33,793 nucleotides of DNA, taken from assembly GCA_029861655.1 (NCBI GenBank), contig JAOTZA010000002.1, positions 1 through 33,793 of the forward strand, written 5' to 3'. Position numbers and translations under genes: made by a program. The notes under the pieces are model-generated. The model saw only the letters and a program-made list of their open reading frames with translations. It was not told the DNA's origin and searched no databases. Positions within the stretch are counted from its first letter, which is position 1. Each line of letters begins with the position of its first letter. Source of the stretch: Acidobacteriota bacterium. GTDB taxonomy: Bacteria > Acidobacteriota > Thermoanaerobaculia > Multivoradales > JAHEKO01. Below are positions 9,202 to 15,102 of this stretch, one piece after another.

Positions 9202-10062
9202 CTAAAACCCCGTCGATTTGGCTTTCATGAACGCTCGGAGCATCGGGAAGAAGACGTCCTTTCTTTCGAGGTAGAGGACGTGTCCGGCACCCTCGACCAG
9301 TTCGAAACGGATATCGGGGAAGATATCGAGCATTTTCTTTTGCTGCCAGAGCGGCAGAACACGGTCCTGCTCGCCGGAGACCAGGAGCGTCGGGGTCTTC
9401 ACGCGGCGGTACTCGGGGTAACGCTCCTCGAGCCCCCTGAAGAAGGGGTCTTGGGCCTCGGTCAGCCGCACCAGGGAGTGGATGCGGTCCTTGTAGCGCT
9501 CGAAGAAGCGCTGACGCATGTCTTGGAGAGTCTCAGGATCAAGCGCTTCGAGAAACGGTTCACCAAAGATCTTCTCGTAGAGGTAGTGGGTGTAGATCTC
9601 GAAGCCGACCGGGCCCGAGCGGTAGAAGAGTAGTGAGAGAGCCTGGTACATCTCGAACTGGCGCTCGTGGCTCAGCAAGATCCCGGACAGGGTCAGGGTG
9701 TGTAGCCGATCCTGATAGAGCCGGCCGTAGTCCAGGGCGATGAAGCCGCCATAGGAGATTCCCATCACATGAATCTTGTCGATGCCGAGATGATCGATGA
9801 TGCCGGTGAGGTAGTGGCAGAAGTCCGGGATGAAATGGGGTTCGTCGGGGCACGACGACCGACCCTGCCCCAGATAGTCGTAGAGGATGACGTCGTACTC
9901 GTCGGTGAGCTCGGGCAGGCACCAGTACCAGGCCGGCGTGTGCATGGCGAGACCGTTCAGGAGACAGACCGCCTCCTTGTCGCCCTTGCCGTGGTACTCC
10001 CAGTAGATTCGGTGCTCGCCGAAAGGCAGGTGCCCGCTCTTCTCGGGGACGACTTCAGCCAT
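9202..10062 (-). CDS. Alpha/beta hydrolase (no signal peptide)
   Basis: ATG at 10062 preceded by GGGAG. The protein has an HG-type oxyanion region (AVCLLNGLAMH), the nucleophile elbow HVMGISYGG and a C-terminal GAGHVLYLE. The TAG stop (9202-9204) directly abuts the symporter ATG at 9201. The 42 extra N-terminal codons in the ORF track are Arg/Ser-rich and look non-coding. Confidence 0.8.
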   Translation of the reverse strand: MAEVVPEKSGHLPFGEHRIYWEYHGKGDKEAVCLLNGLAMHTPAWYWCLPELTDEYDVILYDYLGQGRSSCPDEPHFIPDFCHYLTGIIDHLGIDKIHVMGISYGGFIALDYGRLYQDRLHTLTLSGILLSHERQFEMYQALSLLFYRSGPVGFEIYTHYLYEKIFGEPFLEALDPETLQDMRQRFFERYKDRIHSLVRLTEAQDPFFRGLEERYPEYRRVKTPTLLVSGEQDRVLPLWQQKKMLDIFPDIRFELVEGAGHVLYLERKDVFFPMLRAFMKAKSTGF

Positions 10063-10236
10063 CGTCTGCTCCCGCCTCGTGGAGGTCGACTGCTGCCCCG
10101 ATGGGTGCTGCGTTGTAGCGGGCGAGCTCCGTCTCGACCGAACCCCGTTTCGGAATGACTGCCGACTTCCTGGAACGACGGTCGACACGGAGGTCGACCG
10201 CTACGGGAGCCGTCTCGCTTCGTTCGATCCTCGGCA

Positions 10237-11448
10237 TCAGGCCACTTGTTTGAGAACCGTGCACACCGAGGCGCAGATCGGGCCACCGATGTTGAAGGTC
10301 GCTGCAACTTCGGCATCCTGGCGCTGCAGCTCGGTTGGCGCCTGGCCCAGCAGCTGTTTGGCGGCCCAGCCGATCATCGCAACGCCGGTGGCGCCGATCG
10401 GATGTCCCTTGGCGATGAGCCCCCCGGATGTGTTGACCGCGCAGTCTCCATGCACCGAAGCCCGACACTCCTTCCAGAACTCAGCGCCTTCGCCGTAGCC
10501 GGCCTTGCCGATGACTTCGACGCCGATCGCGCCCATCACGGTGAAGCAGTCGTGGACCTCGGCGACCGTGACGTCGGCGGGCGTGACGCCCGCCGCCTCG
10601 TAGGCGGTGTTCATGGCCCCGAGGGCCCCGGCCGGGCGCAGCACGTCACGGCCTTCTTTCTGGATCGGGTCGGTCGCCTGGGCGAATCCGGCCAACTCGA
10701 CACACTCCTGTTTCGCGACACCGAGCTTGGCCAGGCCTTCTTCGGTCGCCAGGATGAGTCCGGCATAGCCATCGGTGATCTGCGAACAATCGTAGGTCTT
10801 GAGCGGTAGGCCGTCGACGATGTAGCGATTGATGCCTTCGATCGTCGTCGCCTGCTCGAGGGTGAGATCGACTCGGCTCATCTGGGCGTTGGGGTTATGA
10901 GTGGCGTGCCCGTACTCGGCCACGGCGATACGGGCGAGGTCTTCTTCGCTGACTCCGTGGGTGTCCATATAGAGCTGCATCACCTCGGCGAAGAGATGGG
11001 GAAAGATGTAGGCCTTGCCCTCCCGCTCATCGGGGTGTGAGAAAACGCCCAGCGCCCGGCCGATCCGTTTGCCATCCATCTTGCCTTCGTCGTTGCGCAT
11101 CTTCTCGAAGCCGACGGCGATACCGACATCTCCCAGCCCGAGCAGAAGTTTGTGAGCCACCGAAAGAACGGCTTGGCCGCCCGAGGCGCAGGCGTTCTCG
11201 ACCGATTCCATCGGCTTGCCTTCGAGCCCCGAAACCATGGCCATCAAACCGCTCAGTAGGCCCTGATCGTTGAGGGTGAAGCCGCAGGCAGACGCGATCG
11301 AGCCGACGTCGATCGCTCCCGGCTCGCAATCGATCTCGGTGCAGGTGCCAACGACCGCGTTCGAGACGATCTCGGGAACCGTCATCGTCTTCAGTTTGCC
11401 GAACTTTGATTGGTGATAGGACGCGATAAAGAGCGGCTTGTTGAGCAT
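10237..11448 (-). CDS. Thiolase, SCP-x / archaeal-type (thiolase domain protein)
   Basis: ATG at 11448 preceded by AGGAGA. Motifs are VENACASGGQAV (nucleophilic Cys), SQITDGYAGLIL and NTSGGLIAKGHPIGATGV. The C-terminal NIGGPICASV lacks the CxGGGxG second-Cys motif of degradative and biosynthetic thiolases. Confidence 0.8.
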   Translation of the reverse strand: MLNKPLFIASYHQSKFGKLKTMTVPEIVSNAVVGTCTEIDCEPGAIDVGSIASACGFTLNDQGLLSGLMAMVSGLEGKPMESVENACASGGQAVLSVAHKLLLGLGDVGIAVGFEKMRNDEGKMDGKRIGRALGVFSHPDEREGKAYIFPHLFAEVMQLYMDTHGVSEEDLARIAVAEYGHATHNPNAQMSRVDLTLEQATTIEGINRYIVDGLPLKTYDCSQITDGYAGLILATEEGLAKLGVAKQECVELAGFAQATDPIQKEGRDVLRPAGALGAMNTAYEAAGVTPADVTVAEVHDCFTVMGAIGVEVIGKAGYGEGAEFWKECRASVHGDCAVNTSGGLIAKGHPIGATGVAMIGWAAKQLLGQAPTELQRQDAEVAATFNIGGPICASVCTVLKQVA

Positions 11449-11456
11449 GGGATCTC

Positions 11457-12257
11457 CTATTGGGTCTTGTGCCGCCGCAGGAACTCGAGGCAGACCTCGG
11501 TCAACCACTGAGGGTCTTCCGCGACCAGGGCATGGCCGCTGGTCTCGTGGGTGCGGGTCTCGGCGCCGCGAATGGCGGCAGCCAGAGCGATCGAACGCTC
11601 CGGCGGAATGACTTGATCTTTGGCCGCGATGACGACCAGGGTCGGGCAACGAATAGACTCCAGATGGGGTCGCGCGTCGAGGGTTTCCATGGCGGCCATG
11701 ATGCCTTCCAGGCCCTCGAACCAGACATCCGGAAGGGCCGCAACCTGCTCGCGACGCTGGGCGAGCTCGTCCGTGTACTTTGCTTGGAACTGGCGGGAGT
11801 AGACCTCCTCGACGACGCGGTCGTGGAGCCGGCCTTTGTCGCCACCGGCCAGGGCATCGGCCACCAGCAGTCGCAGATCTTCGACCCCCTGCCAGATCGA
11901 TTTGGTCGCATAGTCCATGACAGTGACCGCGATCAGGGATCGCACCCGCTCCGGGCGCAGGGCGGCGAAGAAGAGACCGACCTCACCGCCGTAGGACGTG
12001 CCGAGGACGTGCACCGAGTCGATCTCGAGATGGTCCAGCAAGGCCGTCAAATCCTCCGCGTTCTCGGCCATTGCGGCCGGCGCCCTGCCCGGGCTCAAGA
12101 GCTGCCCGCGCAGGTCGTTGAGAATCAGGCGGTGGCTTTTTACGAGCCGGGCCGACACCGGACCCCAGGCGGCGTAGGTCATCAACCCGCCGTTGAGGAT
12201 CAGGACGGGCTCGCCGTCGCCCTCGACCTGATGAGCCAGGACCTCGGTGGGCGTCAT
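11457..12257 (-). CDS. Alpha/beta hydrolase (no signal peptide)
   Basis: 266 aa with PVLILNGGLMTY, the nucleophile elbow HVLGTSYGG and a C-terminal TSGHALVAEDP. Its ATG overlaps the upstream stop (ATGA at 12254-12257). Confidence 0.8.
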   Translation of the reverse strand: MTPTEVLAHQVEGDGEPVLILNGGLMTYAAWGPVSARLVKSHRLILNDLRGQLLSPGRAPAAMAENAEDLTALLDHLEIDSVHVLGTSYGGEVGLFFAALRPERVRSLIAVTVMDYATKSIWQGVEDLRLLVADALAGGDKGRLHDRVVEEVYSRQFQAKYTDELAQRREQVAALPDVWFEGLEGIMAAMETLDARPHLESIRCPTLVVIAAKDQVIPPERSIALAAAIRGAETRTHETSGHALVAEDPQWLTEVCLEFLRRHKTQ

Positions 12258-13249
12258 TGCGCGTCCTCGTTTCCGGCCTCGTCTGTCGTCTCGACAGAGT
12301 CGTCGACAACAGGTGGAGGAGGCTCAGTCCGGAGTACTTCACCCAGCCGGTCCGCGAGTTTTTCGGGACATTCGTTGGCCGGATGGTGACCGCAGCCCGT
12401 GATGGTCGTGATCCTTGAGCGCGGCAGCTGTGCGGCCATGCGCTCGGCATAGGCGAGCGTCATCAACTGATCGGAGGCGCCCCACAGGAGATCGACCGGA
12501 ACCGTGACCTCTCCCAAACGACCCTCCAGCAAATGCGCGATGAGATCATCGAGCTCGCTGGTCATTCTCCCGATCGGTCCCTTGGCCGACTGCTCGACGA
12601 TGTCGTCGAGAACAAAGTCGGGCGTCGGCGGGCTGGCGGGATCGCGCAGAGAGGTCATGAGCTTGCGCGCCGCCTCGCGGTCGACCGGGGTCAGGCTGAG
12701 ATCCGGCCGGTCTCCGACCAGCCCTCCGCCGTTGATCAACACGGCACGCGCCACAGCTTGTGGATGGCGATGAGCATGGATGGTCGCCAGCCAGGCGCCC
12801 ATCGAGTGTCCCACCAGAATCATCGGTCCGTCGCCGCCCACACTCGACAGGAGCTCTTCGAGACCGCCGTAGACGAGAGTCATGGGCAGCGGACCCTCGA
12901 CGGGTTCACTATCCCCGTGACCGGCCAGATCGGGAACGAGGACCCGGTAGTCGGGCAGGAGACTCTCGACGATGCCCTGGAAGGCGCCCGCCTGATCCCC
13001 GACACCATGGACCAACACCAGCGCCTGGCCGTTGCCGGCTTCCCAATAGGCGAGTTGGCCGGCCGAGCTGTCGAAGCTCTTCAACTCGAGACCGGCTTTG
13101 GCGAGGGCCGAGCGTGTGGCCTTCTCGTACACCGCCAGCGGGTTCTCTCTGGCATACCAGAGAAGGCTGATCGTGACGATCACCAACAGAGCGAGGGCCG
13201 CGAGAGCCCACTTGAGAACGGATCCTTGTTGCCTCTTGACTCTCTTCAT
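12254..13249 (-). CDS. Alpha/beta hydrolase with N-terminal signal-anchor helix and acidic C-terminal tail
   Basis: 331 aa. MKRVKRQQGSVLKWALAALALLVIVTISLLWY is a basic segment followed by one TM helix. Further motifs are LVLVHGVGD, the nucleophile elbow LVGHSMGAW and CGHHPANE. The tail is VVDDSVETTDEAGNEDAQ. ATGA overlap with the upstream KASIII-like gene at 13246-13249. Confidence 0.8.
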   Translation of the reverse strand: MKRVKRQQGSVLKWALAALALLVIVTISLLWYARENPLAVYEKATRSALAKAGLELKSFDSSAGQLAYWEAGNGQALVLVHGVGDQAGAFQGIVESLLPDYRVLVPDLAGHGDSEPVEGPLPMTLVYGGLEELLSSVGGDGPMILVGHSMGAWLATIHAHRHPQAVARAVLINGGGLVGDRPDLSLTPVDREAARKLMTSLRDPASPPTPDFVLDDIVEQSAKGPIGRMTSELDDLIAHLLEGRLGEVTVPVDLLWGASDQLMTLAYAERMAAQLPRSRITTITGCGHHPANECPEKLADRLGEVLRTEPPPPVVDDSVETTDEAGNEDAQ

Positions 13250-14262
13250 GACTTCCCTTCCGGTAGGCGCTGCACTCGGAAGGCACAGCCCGCCTGGTTG
13301 TAGCCGACACCCGAACCGATCAAGACGACCAGGTTGCCGGGTTTCACGCGTCCCCTGCCGACCGCGTCATCGAGAGCCATGGCGAGGCAGGCGGAGCCGG
13401 TGTAGCCGCACTCCTCCATGATCGTGTGAGTCCTCTCGAGCGGCAGACCCAGGTTCTCCATGACCAACTCGATCGAAGGCTTGCGGACCTGGGTGAACAG
13501 AACGAGGTCGATCTCGTCGAGGCTAAATCCCCCCTCGGAAGCCAACCTCCGGACCAGACGAGGCCAGCCCTCGTGGTTGATCTCGGGCGGGTAGCGCTCG
13601 ACCAGTCGCACCTGGGTACGCCCCGCTTCGACGCTCTCGACCGAGGCCGGCTCGAACGTGCCTCCCGAATAGATGCCCCAGTTGCCGTGATACGAGCCGT
13701 CGGCCTGGGTCGCCGCGACCACGAACCCGGGGTTGGAGGCGGCTTCGAGGACGGCCGCGCCGGCGCCATCGCCGTAGAAGAAGACCGTCGGATCATCGGC
13801 AGCCGCCAGTTTGCGCATCATGTAGACGCCGACCACCAGAACCGTTCGCAGGCTGGGATTGGTCGACAACCAGCCGGCCGCTGTTGCCAGGCCGGTGGGG
13901 AAGGAGGCGCAAGCGCAGCCGATGTCGAAGGTCCCGGCGTTTCCGGCGCCGAGCTTATGCTGCAGAACGACCGAGGTGGCCGGGGTGATGTAGTCCGGCG
14001 AATCGGTCCCGACGATGATCAGATCGATCTCTTCCGGGCTGCGGCCGGCTCGCGCGAGAGCTCGCTCGGCGGCACGTAGCGCCAGGTCCGAAGTCGCCCA
14101 GTCGTCGGGCGCGTACCAACGTCTCTTGATCCCGGTCGAGGCTTCCATACTGTCGATAAAGTCTGGGAAGTCGTCCGAGAAACGACGGCGCAAAGCGTCG
14201 TTCGAGACCTCGATCTCCGGCAGATAACTGCCGGTGGCGATAATCTGACCGAAACGATTCAA
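13246..14262 (-). CDS. KASIII (FabH)-like thiolase-fold protein; retains Cys, apparently lacks the His/Asn pair
   Basis: 338 aa, TTG start at 14262 with GAGGG 4 nt upstream. It has IIATGSYLPEIEVSND, the nucleophile context FDIGCACASF, FFYGDGAGAAVL and a C-terminal IGSGVGYNQAGCAFRV. Confidence 0.8.
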   Translation of the reverse strand: MNRFGQIIATGSYLPEIEVSNDALRRRFSDDFPDFIDSMEASTGIKRRWYAPDDWATSDLALRAAERALARAGRSPEEIDLIIVGTDSPDYITPATSVVLQHKLGAGNAGTFDIGCACASFPTGLATAAGWLSTNPSLRTVLVVGVYMMRKLAAADDPTVFFYGDGAGAAVLEAASNPGFVVAATQADGSYHGNWGIYSGGTFEPASVESVEAGRTQVRLVERYPPEINHEGWPRLVRRLASEGGFSLDEIDLVLFTQVRKPSIELVMENLGLPLERTHTIMEECGYTGSACLAMALDDAVGRGRVKPGNLVVLIGSGVGYNQAGCAFRVQRLPEGKS

Positions 14263-14274
14263 GACGCCCTCACC

Positions 14275-15027
14275 TCAGGTGCCGATCACCAGGCCGCCGT
14301 CGACCGACAGCACGGTGCCGGTCACGAAGGAAGCGGCGTCCGAGGCCAGCCAGACATAGGCGTTGGCGATGTCTTCGGGCTCGCCCATTCGACCGATCGG
14401 CGTATGGGACACCATGCCGTCGAGAATCTTCTGCGGCATGGCCTTGAGGATCTCGGTGCCGATAAAGCCTGGCGCGACGGCGTTGACGCGGATCTTGTAG
14501 CGGCCCAGCTCGCGCGACCAGGTGCGGCTCAGGTTGATCACCCCCGCCTTTGTGGGGGCGTAGTTACTCTGCCCGAAGTTGCCGTAATGGCCGACCACCG
14601 AGGAGGCGTTGAGGATCACCCCGCCGCCGCCGCGGATCATGTGCGGAACGACTGCGCGGCCGCAGTTGAAGACTCCCTTGAGGTTGACGGCGATGACCGA
14701 GTCGAACTGCTCATCGGTCATCACCGAGGCGACTTCATCATCCTTCCACTTCACCAGTTGGGCGTCGCGAACGATGCCCGCGTTGTTGATCAAAACGTCG
14801 ATCCGTCCGAAGCGCTCCGCAACTTCCGACGCAGCGGCATTGACCGCCGCAGAGTCCGAGACATCAACGGATTGGAACAACCCGTTGGTCGGCGCCTTGT
14901 CTTCACCGATATCCCATACGGCCACTTTGCAGTCTTCACCGGCGAAAGCGCGGACAGTGTCTCGCCCGATCCCCGCCGCGCCGCCGGTAACGACAACGAC
15001 CTTGCCCACCAATCCGGTTTCGATCAT
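14275..15027 (-). CDS. Classical short-chain dehydrogenase/reductase, FabG-like 3-oxoacyl reductase
   Basis: 250 aa with TGGAAGIG (cofactor-binding), NNAG, S...YxxxK (NYAPTKAG), PGFIGTE and a C-terminal GTVLSVDGG. AAGGAG sits 7 nt before the ATG. Confidence 0.9.
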   Translation of the reverse strand: MIETGLVGKVVVVTGGAAGIGRDTVRAFAGEDCKVAVWDIGEDKAPTNGLFQSVDVSDSAAVNAAASEVAERFGRIDVLINNAGIVRDAQLVKWKDDEVASVMTDEQFDSVIAVNLKGVFNCGRAVVPHMIRGGGGVILNASSVVGHYGNFGQSNYAPTKAGVINLSRTWSRELGRYKIRVNAVAPGFIGTEILKAMPQKILDGMVSHTPIGRMGEPEDIANAYVWLASDAASFVTGTVLSVDGGLVIGT

Positions 15028-15050
15028 GGCGACTCCTTTGTTGCTCGAAG

Positions 15051-15078
15051 CGGCCCCGGCGGTTTGCCGCCGGGGCCG
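15051..15078 (-). terminator. Perfect 12-bp GC-rich hairpin (CGGCCCCGGCGG-TTTG-CCGCCGGGGCCG) between the TonB receptor and SDR genes; no U-tract
   Basis: The inverted repeat was read directly. It lies 24 nt after the receptor stop and 23 nt before the SDR ATG. It could be an attenuating or partial terminator, or an mRNA-stabilising stem. Confidence 0.45.
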
Positions 15079-15102
15079 TCTTCTGAGTGGTTGCCTATGC
15101 GA

